This document shows positions 1 through 10,119 of a stretch of 64,000 nt of DNA, piece by piece. Position numbers and translations under genes: made by a program. The number at the start of each line of letters is the position of its first letter. Within the stretch, counting starts at the first letter, position 1. The DNA comes from Nitrosopumilus sp. (GTDB taxonomy: Archaea > Thermoproteota > Nitrososphaeria > Nitrososphaerales > Nitrosopumilaceae): assembly GCA_965224195.1 (NCBI GenBank), contig OZ245040.1, positions 1,056,001 to 1,120,000 on the forward strand. The letters run 5' to 3'. The notes beneath the pieces are model-generated. The model had not been told where the DNA came from. It saw only the letters and a program-made list of their open reading frames with translations, and did no database searches.

Positions 1-1
1 G

Positions 2-694
2 ATGACAGAAAATGAGGTTTCAGATTCTTACAGAAGCAGATTCTCTAATTACAAACAAGTCAATCAGTACATCAATGATTCACTTGTGGATGTTAAAAAT
101 GATGAAATAACTCTCAACATACTTGTAATTCCATCTAACATTGAACATCGCATGATTGATGCATCAGATACTAACGAATTAGAAAAATTGAAATCAGTCA
201 GATTACCTACCTCTGGTGGAATTAGTGGTTTTCCAAATTGGTCTCTTGGACCATCTTCTCGCGGATTCAAATCAAAATCTACTGATAAACCACTTGAGGA
301 GTTAGAGATTCATAGGAATAGCTGTGTTCAGTTTGTCGGGCATTATAATCGGCTGCAAGACGGCCATGTGGCACTTCCATATACAAGAGTTGCAGACAGA
401 TTACTACAAGTGTTAGAATTTTCATATGGTGTTTTGTCTGATCACAATTATTATGGTGATGTAAAAATTGTTATGAGTGCCAGGTGTTTGTCTGGAGTTG
501 TGCTTCCTGAAAAATATTATGTATCCTCTGCATTAGACAAGCTTGATGCTAAGATTGAAAGAGAGTTTTCATTATCTTATGTTGGTGAGAAGTACGAGCA
601 GATTGCAGCATCTGTAATGGATGAGCTTTTTAATCATTTTGGAATTCTCAAATGTAATTTGTTTGATGAACAGGGAAATTATTTAGAGAAATAA
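2..694 (+). CDS. Hypothetical protein, probably the 3' part of a gene starting before the window
   Basis: 230-aa ORF at the window edge; no diagnostic motif recognised. Confidence 0.5.
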   Translation: MTENEVSDSYRSRFSNYKQVNQYINDSLVDVKNDEITLNILVIPSNIEHRMIDASDTNELEKLKSVRLPTSGGISGFPNWSLGPSSRGFKSKSTDKPLEELEIHRNSCVQFVGHYNRLQDGHVALPYTRVADRLLQVLEFSYGVLSDHNYYGDVKIVMSARCLSGVVLPEKYYVSSALDKLDAKIEREFSLSYVGEKYEQIAASVMDELFNHFGILKCNLFDEQGNYLEK

Positions 695-969
695 GACACA
701 AAAACTATATGTCATTTCACATTATGGAAATGAGAATAATCCTCAGCGACACTACATGCAATTAGTCTGGCACATTTTTGCAATACTGATTTTACAAAAT
801 GGTTGGGCTCTACTCAAGCCATTTGATATCAGAAAAGTGCCAAGACGTACAGCAGAGAAGCAATGTCAGTTATTCTGCCCCGCATTAGATGCTTTTGATT
901 GCATTAGACAATGGACCACTGTATCAATGGTTGTTATACAACTCCACTGTAAAACAACATTAATTAGGC

Positions 970-980
970 GGGGGGGGGGG
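970..980 (+). repeat. G11 homopolymer just upstream of the surface-protein start codon
   Basis: Eleven consecutive G, ending 11 nt before the GTG at 992. Confidence 0.95.
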
Positions 981-991
981 AGAACAAATTA

Positions 992-3541
992 GTGAAATTC
1001 GTTTTAATGCTAACCATTTTTGCAGTATCTGTCATGTCATTGCATGGCGTTGCAGTGGCAGATAATGATAATCGTGTCCAAAATATTTCCGTAGAGCGCA
1101 GCAGCACCAATGTCCCCAGTGCAGTATTAAGCTGGGACACACAAGAGGGCATCAAGCAGTACAACATAAAGTACAAGTGCAGCGGTGATGATAAAGAAAA
1201 CTTGAGGGTGCCAGGCAACCAGTCCTCATACACATTTGATGTATATGCTGACCAATCATGCAAAATTAACATCAGATCAATTAGTGATAATGGCGAGAAA
1301 TCAGACAATGTTAAGATAATCTTGGCAAGTGGAGAACCAACAGGTGAGATAGCAGAGGATGTCAAGAAATCCACTGGAGAGATAGCAGAGGATGTCAAGG
1401 ACTTTACCACTCGTAGTGGTAATGCACCTGCTGACAATACCCCGCCAACATTAGAGTCAGCAGCACTGGATGAGAAGACAGGAGTTTTGGCAATAACTTT
1501 TGATGAGACAATAGCAAACGAGGGCTTTGACTTGTCTACTGCTGACTATAAACGCAAATTCTCAGTACGTTCACAGGACGGCACTCCAGAAGGCGTGGCA
1601 TTTAACCCAGACGGAACAAAGATGTTTGTTGTAGGTTATGATACTGAAAAAATCTACGAATATGCATTAACTACTCCCTTTGACTTATCCTCCTCCTCCT
1701 ATGCAAATAGATCTTTCCCAGTAGGTTCACAGGACAACTCTCCAAAGGGTGTAGCATTTAACCCAGATGGAACAAAGATGTTTGTTATAGGTGGTGAATA
1801 TGAGGAGATCCACGAGTACGCATTAACTACTCCATTTGACGTATCCTCCTCCTCCTATACAAAGAGATCTTTCCCAGTAGGTTCAGAGGACAACACTCCA
1901 AGGGATGTAGCATTCAACCCTGCTGGAACAAAGATGTTTGTTGCAGGTTATGCCAGTGAGACGATCATCGAGTACACATTATCTACTGCCTTTAACGTAT
2001 CTACTGCCTCCTATACAGACACTTTTGACGTATCTTCACAGGACACGGAACCAGAAGGCGTGGCATTTAACCCAGACGGAACAAAGATGTTTGTTGTAGG
2101 TGATCAACGTGATCGTGTCTACGAGTACACATTAACCACTCCATTTGACTTATCCAATGTCTCCTATGCACACCATTTCTCAGTAGGTACAGATGACAAT
2201 TTTCCAACAGGCGTGGCATTCAACCCTGCTGGAACAAAGATGTTTGTTGTAGGTGCTGACAGTAATAATGTCTACGAGTATGCATTAACCACTCCAGTTG
2301 ACCTGTCCAAACTGCTCATCAGTGAGTCAGCAAGTGTTAATGGTACCGGCACGGCACTGACTGGTGCCAGCATTGAAACTGTCGGCAACAGCACTTCAAT
2401 AGAGATCAAGCTTACTGCACCTCAATTACAGTCAGTAATTGCATTGACTAACCCAGAATTGGACATCCTAGAAGCGGCAGTATCTGATGTTTCAGGTAAT
2501 GAAATTCTCGCAGCACCAAACAATGGCATTACAGTAACTAACATTGCAGTAACTAACAGTGTAGCACCACCACCACTTGCTGCGCCAACTGGCCTTTCAG
2601 TGTATGCAACTGAAACAACTGCCACATTATACTGGGATGCGCCTATAGTAGAGGCCAACACTGCCTACACATCTGACAAGATACGTTATACCGTCAGTGT
2701 TCATGATGGTACTAGTGGTACTCATTTGCCTAGATTTGATGATACAATATCTGATGGCATTACTGCATCATATACTGTATATGGTTTAATTCCTGGCAAA
2801 ACATACACTTTCTCGCTTGTTGCATATGTTAATGTAAATAATGTGAAATCTACTTCTACTACTGTACTTTATGACTTTAAGGCCACATCTCCATCTGTCC
2901 CCGCATCTAGTCTAATTATTCCAAGCCACCCAGTAATTACTTTAAAGGAAACAGTATCACCTACCCAGGTCAAATTCACAATTGAAAGGCCTGTAAACGT
3001 AAATCCTGACGATATAGCATATTATGTTTTACAGTATGCCTGCGGCTCTGGTGCTAAAGAATATAGCTATAGCACTATTGGCGCCAAGACACATTTCAAT
3101 CCTAATGCTGAGATACGTGTAATACCTGATAGATTAGGTGTTGGCCAGTATACGACTAGTGACGTAGGAGTAGCTGGAAATATCGACTCTTGTACCTTTG
3201 AGGTTGCCACTCAGCTTGACAATGGCATACGATCTAGTGGTTGGCATTCATTTACTGTAGATGATGTTACACCAAAGAATACGCAATTAGCTGCTACAAT
3301 GCATGGCAGTGATGCAATCAAGGTGTTATTTCCTCAGATAGACAGTGACTCATATCATTATGTTCTGTCTTGGGGCAATGGTTCAAAGACGTTTAAAAAT
3401 ATCAGTCCAGACTCATACATAATTAAAGACGTTATTCCTGGAAATACATATACTATTGTACTCACTCTATACAATTTTGATTACACGGTATATTCCACTA
3501 CTTCTATTGAATTTACAGTACCTGCTGATAACACCAACTAA
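992..3541 (+). CDS. Secreted/surface protein with fibronectin type III-like domains and beta-propeller repeats
   Basis: N-terminal signal peptide; five PxGVAFNPxGTKMFVVG...YEYxLTTPFD-type repeats; FN3-like segments (APTGLSV...LYW...GLIPGKTYTFSLVAY); TGEIAEDVK duplicated. Confidence 0.8.
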   Translation: MKFVLMLTIFAVSVMSLHGVAVADNDNRVQNISVERSSTNVPSAVLSWDTQEGIKQYNIKYKCSGDDKENLRVPGNQSSYTFDVYADQSCKINIRSISDNGEKSDNVKIILASGEPTGEIAEDVKKSTGEIAEDVKDFTTRSGNAPADNTPPTLESAALDEKTGVLAITFDETIANEGFDLSTADYKRKFSVRSQDGTPEGVAFNPDGTKMFVVGYDTEKIYEYALTTPFDLSSSSYANRSFPVGSQDNSPKGVAFNPDGTKMFVIGGEYEEIHEYALTTPFDVSSSSYTKRSFPVGSEDNTPRDVAFNPAGTKMFVAGYASETIIEYTLSTAFNVSTASYTDTFDVSSQDTEPEGVAFNPDGTKMFVVGDQRDRVYEYTLTTPFDLSNVSYAHHFSVGTDDNFPTGVAFNPAGTKMFVVGADSNNVYEYALTTPVDLSKLLISESASVNGTGTALTGASIETVGNSTSIEIKLTAPQLQSVIALTNPELDILEAAVSDVSGNEILAAPNNGITVTNIAVTNSVAPPPLAAPTGLSVYATETTATLYWDAPIVEANTAYTSDKIRYTVSVHDGTSGTHLPRFDDTISDGITASYTVYGLIPGKTYTFSLVAYVNVNNVKSTSTTVLYDFKATSPSVPASSLIIPSHPVITLKETVSPTQVKFTIERPVNVNPDDIAYYVLQYACGSGAKEYSYSTIGAKTHFNPNAEIRVIPDRLGVGQYTTSDVGVAGNIDSCTFEVATQLDNGIRSSGWHSFTVDDVTPKNTQLAATMHGSDAIKVLFPQIDSDSYHYVLSWGNGSKTFKNISPDSYIIKDVIPGNTYTIVLTLYNFDYTVYSTTSIEFTVPADNTN

Positions 3542-3756
3542 AATTAGAGTCAGCCACACTAGATGGACAATCTTATCAATGATCCCTGAAACTAAATGGA
3601 AACGTAATTTTTCTAGAAAATTTAAAAAGAATTTCCTATTCACATTACCTCTTGATCAGAAAATCATATGGAATGCAACAACTAAAATCTGTAATGGTGA
3701 TGAACCAATTAATGTTTATCCTCATGATGCACAATGTGTTGTTGGGGAGTTAGATC

Positions 3757-4544
3757 TTGAGCCTCAATACAGTCATTATTGTTGGCTGTGTTGTTGCCGT
3801 GATGATTCTGTCAACAGTCCCAGATGGTTTTGCTTTAAAGAATTTTTGTTATTTTACTATACTTGAAAAGACATCTAATAGCAACTTGATATGTGCCAAA
3901 GAAAATGCTACCATAAAACTAATTGAGCGGGGATGGGGTACATTATCTGAGAAACTGCAAGAAAAGCCCAAATATCCAGACAAAGAAGATATTATTACAA
4001 TTCCAAATAACTTGGAGATTGAAAAACTATATCATAAGATCTTAAAATACGAAGATGCAATCACCAATCTAAAGGACCAGCTTAATGATGATGATTTAAA
4101 AATAAGCAATTTTGATAGAATCATCTCCAATCAGGATGGAACTATTTCCTATCTAAAACAAGAGATAACACATCTAGAGTCTGAGATTATATTCCTAAAG
4201 GACCAGCTTGATGATGATTTAAAAATAAGCAATTTTGATAGAATCATCTCCAATCAGGATGGAACTATTTCCTATCTAAAACAAGAGATAACACATCTAG
4301 AGTCTGAGATTATATTCCTAAAGGACCAGCTTGATGCGGCCCTAGATTATACAACTACAAGTGGAACTATATCACACACAAGCCCAATTCACTAGTATGT
4401 AATGAATCATACCCTGACTTTTGTATCCCTTCATTACCACCAGACTTGGATTGTAAAGACATTACACAAAAACGATTCACAGTATTACAGTCTGATCCAC
4501 ATAGGTTTGATGGGGATAAAGATGGCATAGGCTGTGAACGATAA
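3757..4544 (+). pseudogene. Secreted coiled-coil protein with a frameshifted C-terminal Excalibur-like Ca-binding domain
   Basis: ORF 3757-4395 has a signal peptide and an internal duplication. Another frame continues KPNSLVCNESYPDFCIP...DLDCKDI...DPHRFDGDKDGIGCER to TAA at 4542-4544. Confidence 0.7.
4069..4332 (+). repeat. Near-perfect in-frame tandem duplication (126/123-bp period)
   Basis: ctaaaggaccagctt recurs at 4069, 4195 and 4318; the LKDQL...EIIF peptide is repeated. Confidence 0.9.
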
Positions 4545-4588
4545 TTTTTAGAAGGGTATTATCTGAAATACCTTTTAAAATTGCTTTG

Positions 4589-4879
4589 TTATTTGATTGG
4601 GTCGCCTTTACACAGTACTTCGCCCATAACTCTGCTTTGGAAATTTGGACATACGAAACACTGAACAAATTGAATATCTTCTTTGAAAACTGGACATTTT
4701 ACAAATTCTTGTTTCATTTTTTTGAGCATTTTTGGACTGACTCCTTTGAGTTTCAATTTTCCTTTATCATCCATTAAACCTACATCTTTTAGCTTTTCTT
4801 TGAGTTCGGCAGGGAATTTTACTTTATCTTCAGTCGATTCAATTTTTACATCATATTTGCGTTCTAACTCGTCTGCCAT
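4589..4879 (-). CDS. Hypothetical protein with Cys cluster
   Basis: 96-aa ATG ORF with CPV...CFVCPNF...LC. Confidence 0.75.
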   Translation of the reverse strand: MADELERKYDVKIESTEDKVKFPAELKEKLKDVGLMDDKGKLKLKGVSPKMLKKMKQEFVKCPVFKEDIQFVQCFVCPNFQSRVMGEVLCKGDPIK

Positions 4880-5743
4880 ACTTAGTATGATATACTCGGT
4901 GATTTATTACTAGCGTTTTTTAGATCTAAAAAAAGTTTAAACTTTAATATAATTAGGATCGCTGATTGGCGAACTTTAATGAAATACCTCTAAACTATGT
5001 TTAGCAATTTATACGTGATATTTAACAAAAATTCGAACTCTAACATGCTTATGTTTGATTTTGATCTATGTTTTTTAAAAAGTGATAATTAGGATGTGAT
5101 TTGTGCAAAAATCCAACCTATACAAATAATTACTTTATTTGAGTTAGTACATACACAGTACATCACTGTATTAGACTAAAAGGCAGGAGTAGAAGAGACC
5201 GGTAAATCCCAATATTGGATTGTTACGATTCGCCGTAAACTTCAACAAACCACCATGGTGCTTTTTATTATTTATTGGAATTCTAAACTCTTCTTACTTC
5301 CTGAATAGTGTTAGATGAATAAAGGTATAAACTATCTGTCCGTTTTTCTCAAAACTTCAGTTCAATAAAATTGACAACGGTACAATGTACATAGTAATGG
5401 TGTTGGATGTTGCCATGAATTTCATATTGGTTTAACCTTGTAACAGTTAACGATGATCGTAATGTCTGAAACTGATCAAAAAGTTTTCAAAAATGATCGG
5501 AACTAGTTTTTCATTTACGATATTCAGACAACATAAGGTGACTTGCACTTTGGACATTTGTCATCAAATGGTTTATCTTTGAAACATCATTCACCATGTT
5601 TCATGTTTTACTGATTGGTTCAAATGGATATTTTTGTTTAATTTGATATTTTTTCATTAAAATTCACCTGATCGTACCCATTAAAGTTCGCTAACAAACA
5701 AAAGTAAATATAATTAGCGATTTTTTTCCAAATCAGAAAACTA

Positions 5744-6394
5744 TTGTTAGCTATTTTTGATGTCGAGGGAGTTTTGTATGATGAAGAATATCTCCCTATT
5801 CTTGCAGAAAAACTCAACAAAGAAGCTGAAATTTGGGAAATTACAAAACAAGGAATTCAAGGAAAAATTAACTGGGAAGAAGGATTGCGAACTAGAGTTG
5901 CATCTTTAAAGGGTCTTGATGAAAAAACTTGTCAAGAAGTGTCTGATGCATTACCTATCATGACTGGTGCAAAAGAGGCATGTAGAGCATTAAAAGCAGC
6001 AGGATGGAAAATCATGGCAGTATCTGGTGGTTTTTCCTTGATGATGCACAGATTAAAAAAAGAATTGGATCTTGATTATGTTTTTTCAAATGAATTAATT
6101 TTCAAAGATGGTAAACTAGACGGTGTTACAATTAACGTTGATTCTGATAAATCAAAATCTGCAAAAATAAAAATTGAAGAATGGGGTGAGAAAAAAGAAG
6201 ACATAATTTGTGTCGTAGATGGTGCAAATGATATAAAATTATTTGATGTTTGTGGATTGGGAATTGCATATCGTGCTCAAGATATTGTAAAAGACTTGGC
6301 TACTACAACTTTGGAAGAAAAAGATCTCTCTAAAATTATTGATATTATCAACAAACACTATAAACTTGAATTAAAAGCTGCAACCCCTGCATAA
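5744..6394 (+). CDS. serB: Phosphoserine phosphatase (HAD family)
   Basis: FDVEGVL motif I, VSGGF, DGANDI. Confidence 0.85.
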   Translation: MLAIFDVEGVLYDEEYLPILAEKLNKEAEIWEITKQGIQGKINWEEGLRTRVASLKGLDEKTCQEVSDALPIMTGAKEACRALKAAGWKIMAVSGGFSLMMHRLKKELDLDYVFSNELIFKDGKLDGVTINVDSDKSKSAKIKIEEWGEKKEDIICVVDGANDIKLFDVCGLGIAYRAQDIVKDLATTTLEEKDLSKIIDIINKHYKLELKAATPA

Positions 6395-6428
6395 ACAATT
6401 TTTTAGTCCTCTACTTGAGATACACTAC

Positions 6429-7154
6429 TTGCAAATTATCCCTATTCATGTTGAAAAAGAGATCGAACCATCTGATGATATCTCTGATATTATTCTAAAA
6501 TCTGAAAAATTAAACGATGGAGACATTCTGGTAATCGCACAAAAAATAATCTCTAAACAAGAAGGTCGATTGATTGATTTGTCAACTGTGACTCCTTCTT
6601 TGTTGGCTGATGGTATTGGTTCTAAATATCAAAAGGATCCTAAAATAATTGAATTGATTTTATCTGAGTCAAAACAAATTGTAAGAATGAAAAATGGAAT
6701 TTTGATAGTTGAAACCAATCAAGGTTTTATTTGTGCAAATGCTGGAATTGACGAAAGTAACATCAAAGAGGGATATGCAACTTTATTACCTGTAAATTCT
6801 GATACTTCTGCACAAAGAATTAGAAAGAAAATATTAGAGCAATCAAACAAAAATGTGGCAGTAATAATTTCTGATACTTTTGGTCGACCTTTTAGAATGG
6901 GGCAAACTAATCATGCAATTGGAGTGTCTGGATTAAATCCAATTTTAGATTATCAGGGCACTTTGGATTCTTTTAATAAAATTTTACGAGTTACTGAAAT
7001 TGCTATTGCCGATGAACTTACATCTGCATCTGAATTAGTTATGGGCAAATCTTTGAAATGCCCATTTGCAATAATTCGTGACTATTCATTTAAGGTTGAA
7101 GACCATACAATTGATGAATTAATTCGTCCTGAACATGAAGACCTTTTTAGATAA
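6429..7154 (+). CDS. cofE: Coenzyme F420-0:L-glutamate ligase
   Basis: KIISKQEGR, CANAGIDESN, DTFGRPFRMG motifs. Confidence 0.92.
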   Translation: MQIIPIHVEKEIEPSDDISDIILKSEKLNDGDILVIAQKIISKQEGRLIDLSTVTPSLLADGIGSKYQKDPKIIELILSESKQIVRMKNGILIVETNQGFICANAGIDESNIKEGYATLLPVNSDTSAQRIRKKILEQSNKNVAVIISDTFGRPFRMGQTNHAIGVSGLNPILDYQGTLDSFNKILRVTEIAIADELTSASELVMGKSLKCPFAIIRDYSFKVEDHTIDELIRPEHEDLFR

Positions 7155-7270
7155 TATTTTTTAAAATTTCATTTTTTAGTAAAATAGGACAAGCTAAACT
7201 CGATGAGCTTGCTGTATAGCACAATCTATGTTGATACAGTTCATATAACGAATTAAATCTCTATTCTGTA

Positions 7271-8071
7271 TTGTCACGTGCACTAAATGAAATTATAATT
7301 AACAAACAAGGCGTTCATGATCACTTTTCAACTGTTGCCTCAAAGTACAAAAATATACGAACCCTTGACACAAAACCTATCGTACATATCAAAAATCAGA
7401 TAAATAAAAAATCCAAAATCAATATGGCTGATGTTGGTTGCGGTGATGGGCGATATTCAATAGAGTTTTTGAAACAATTTGAAGACCAATGCTACTTGCA
7501 TTGTATTGATTACAACGAAAACATGTTAAAATCATTACAGAATCACCTTACAGAGCAAAACATTACAAACTTTTGTACAAGGCAGGGTGATGCAAATAGA
7601 CTACCATTAGATAATGATTCGATGGACTGCATTGTCACTTTTAATGCAATACATCACTTTGATGTTCCAAAATTTCTCTCTGAATCGCTAAGAGTACTTA
7701 ACGAAAATGGACATCTATTCATCTATACCCGATTAAGGAGTCAAAATTCTAGAAATATCTGGGGAAAACACTTTCCATCATTTGCAGAAACTGAAACTCG
7801 TCTGTATGAAATAGAGGAATTAAAGCGACACATCTCAGAGGCAGATATGAAAATCCACTCTACCAAAGTGTTTGAGTATTCTAGAACATCCAATCTAGAT
7901 AGACTAGTCCACCAAGCAGAAAATAATCATTATTCTACATTTGCACTATATGATGAAAGTGCATTCGATAGATCTCTGATAATATTCAAACAAAACATCA
8001 AAAATACTTTTGATGATTTAGAGCAAATCAAATGGATTGATGAGAATATTTTGATAGAAATTCGAAAATAA
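7271..8071 (+). CDS. Class I SAM-dependent methyltransferase
   Basis: DVGCGDG motif I; GDANRLPL; AIHHF. Confidence 0.85.
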   Translation: MSRALNEIIINKQGVHDHFSTVASKYKNIRTLDTKPIVHIKNQINKKSKINMADVGCGDGRYSIEFLKQFEDQCYLHCIDYNENMLKSLQNHLTEQNITNFCTRQGDANRLPLDNDSMDCIVTFNAIHHFDVPKFLSESLRVLNENGHLFIYTRLRSQNSRNIWGKHFPSFAETETRLYEIEELKRHISEADMKIHSTKVFEYSRTSNLDRLVHQAENNHYSTFALYDESAFDRSLIIFKQNIKNTFDDLEQIKWIDENILIEIRK

Positions 8072-8158
8072 TTGCAAAATCCTTTGTTAGCTAATACTAA
8101 TCTTAAAGTTAAACTCGAATAGCTTTTAATATGACAATTTGGCCTTTAGGAATTATTA

Positions 8159-8395
8159 ATGTCTGAATCCGCTGAAAAAAAATTAGATGCAACAGGATTA
8201 TTTTGTCCTGAACCTGTGTTTAGAACAAAAATTGAAATTGAAAGAATGCAAGTAGGTGAAACCATTATTGTATCTGCTGATGATCCAGCAGCCGAAGATG
8301 ATATTTCAAGATGGGTTACAAGAAGTGGCCATGAACTATTAGACATGTCCAAAGACGGTGAAACTATAACATTCAAAATTAAAAAGGTGAAATAA
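8159..8395 (+). CDS. TusA/SirA-family sulfur carrier
   Basis: LDATGLFCPEP motif. Confidence 0.9.
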   Translation: MSESAEKKLDATGLFCPEPVFRTKIEIERMQVGETIIVSADDPAAEDDISRWVTRSGHELLDMSKDGETITFKIKKVK

Positions 8396-8403
8396 TCCTA
8401 ATT

Positions 8404-9396
8404 ATGACTATTGTTACTGATACAGATGTTTTGAATCGTGTAGGTAACACTCCTCTAGTAAATTTGGATTCTCTTTCTCATGATAATACAGAATATTTTG
8501 CAAAATTAGAAGGTCATAATCCATTTGGTTCTGTCAAAGATAGAGCCGCATATTACATGATTAAAGATGGTGAAGAAAAAGGAATTTTAAAAAAAGGAAA
8601 AAGTATTATCATTGAACCAACTTCAGGTAACACTGGAATTGCTTTAACTGGAATTGCAAATATCTTAGGTTACAAAGTAGAGATTGTTATTCCTGAAAAA
8701 GTAAGTAATGAAACTAAAGATATCATAAGAAAGCTAGGGGCTAAAGTGTTTGAAACTAGTGATGATTTGTGTCCCAAAGTAGGTGCTGGAACTGATCAAA
8801 GTATTGCACTTGCCACATCCATTGCATCATCTAGACCTGAAACATATTATTCTCCAAATCAATATGCAAATGAAGCCAATTTCAAAGGACATTATGTTGG
8901 AACTGGGCCTGAAATTTGGAAGCAAACTGAGGGTAAAGTAACTCATTTCTTTACTGGTGTTGGTACTGGAGGTACCATTACAGGAATAGGTGCATATCTT
9001 AAAGAAAAAAATCCTGATGTTAAAATAATTGGATGTCAACCACAACAAAATCACTTAATTCAAGGATGGAGAAATTTTGAAGAATCTGCAAAACCTGATT
9101 TATTTTTAAAACGCGAAAATGTTGTAGATGATTGGATATCTGTTGATAATGATGAAGCATTTTCAGTTGTAAAAGATGTGTTTGCTAAAGACAAACTCTT
9201 GATCAGTCCATCTTCTGCTGCAGTATATGCATGCATGAAAAAATACACTATTGAAGGAGATGCATGTGTTGTAGGAATTTTTGCTGATGATGGACGTAAA
9301 TTCAAAAGTGTTTATGCAACTCAAAATGTTATGACTGAAGAAGAGTTTGATAATTGCCTTAAAGATGCAAAACACATGTCTGAATTAGCATACTAG
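8404..9396 (+). CDS. PLP-dependent cysteine synthase family protein
   Basis: GNTPLV, NPFGSVKDR, EPTSGNTG, GVGTGGT. Confidence 0.9.
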   Translation: MTIVTDTDVLNRVGNTPLVNLDSLSHDNTEYFAKLEGHNPFGSVKDRAAYYMIKDGEEKGILKKGKSIIIEPTSGNTGIALTGIANILGYKVEIVIPEKVSNETKDIIRKLGAKVFETSDDLCPKVGAGTDQSIALATSIASSRPETYYSPNQYANEANFKGHYVGTGPEIWKQTEGKVTHFFTGVGTGGTITGIGAYLKEKNPDVKIIGCQPQQNHLIQGWRNFEESAKPDLFLKRENVVDDWISVDNDEAFSVVKDVFAKDKLLISPSSAAVYACMKKYTIEGDACVVGIFADDGRKFKSVYATQNVMTEEEFDNCLKDAKHMSELAY

Positions 9397-9870
9397 TTAT
9401 TCAAGAATACTTTTCAAATGTTTTTCATAAAATTCTCTAAATGATCCATTCATGTCCATTTCATGTCGTAAACATTCGTTACTTTGTTCTGTAATTTGAT
9501 TTTTAATTTCTCTACTCCATAGACTTTGCTGTCTATCTTTAGAATCAATTATTGTTGGGTTTTCTTTAATTTTCTCCATGGTCTCTGACAATGTGGTACT
9601 TAATTGTCTGAATTTACTAATACGTAAAAGAAATCTTTGTGCTTCTTCTTTGTTTACTAAATCTATCATGGCATGAACCTGATTATAATATCCCAAACCT
9701 TTTTCATTATATTTTTTAAAATCCTCCATTCTTTTGTTCCAATATTCTTTAGTTACTTTTTCTTCAATTTTATAACTGAATTGTATTTCCCCTAATTCCA
9801 TTCCTAATTTAGCTAGTTTATTGCTGTGTTCTTTAGCTGATTTTTTTAGATTTTCTGGATCTTGACTCAA
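9397..9870 (-). CDS. Hypothetical helical protein
   Basis: 157-aa ORF abutting the convergent gene. Confidence 0.7.
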   Translation of the reverse strand: MSQDPENLKKSAKEHSNKLAKLGMELGEIQFSYKIEEKVTKEYWNKRMEDFKKYNEKGLGYYNQVHAMIDLVNKEEAQRFLLRISKFRQLSTTLSETMEKIKENPTIIDSKDRQQSLWSREIKNQITEQSNECLRHEMDMNGSFREFYEKHLKSILE

Positions 9871-9903
9871 TACTTTTTGGTTCTCTCATACACAATAAAG
9901 AGT

Positions 9904-10119
9904 TTAGATTTTTGATTCATTCCATTTTTTCTCAAATTCTTTCGAATAATCTGACATACATGTCTCACAGAATGAATCCCACTCGGTAATTCCTAATTTT
10001 TCAAAATACTTTACAGACCAATTGTATGAAGGTAATTTTCTGTATTGAAATTGTTGAATAGTGTAGATGTCTTTTTGATGAAATTTATTCAGGCATTTTT
10101 TGCATTGAGCATTTTTCAT
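9904..10119 (-). CDS. Small hypothetical protein with two CxxC motifs
   Basis: CKKC and CETC; start overlaps the trxB stop. Confidence 0.7.
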   Translation of the reverse strand: MKNAQCKKCLNKFHQKDIYTIQQFQYRKLPSYNWSVKYFEKLGITEWDSFCETCMSDYSKEFEKKWNESKI

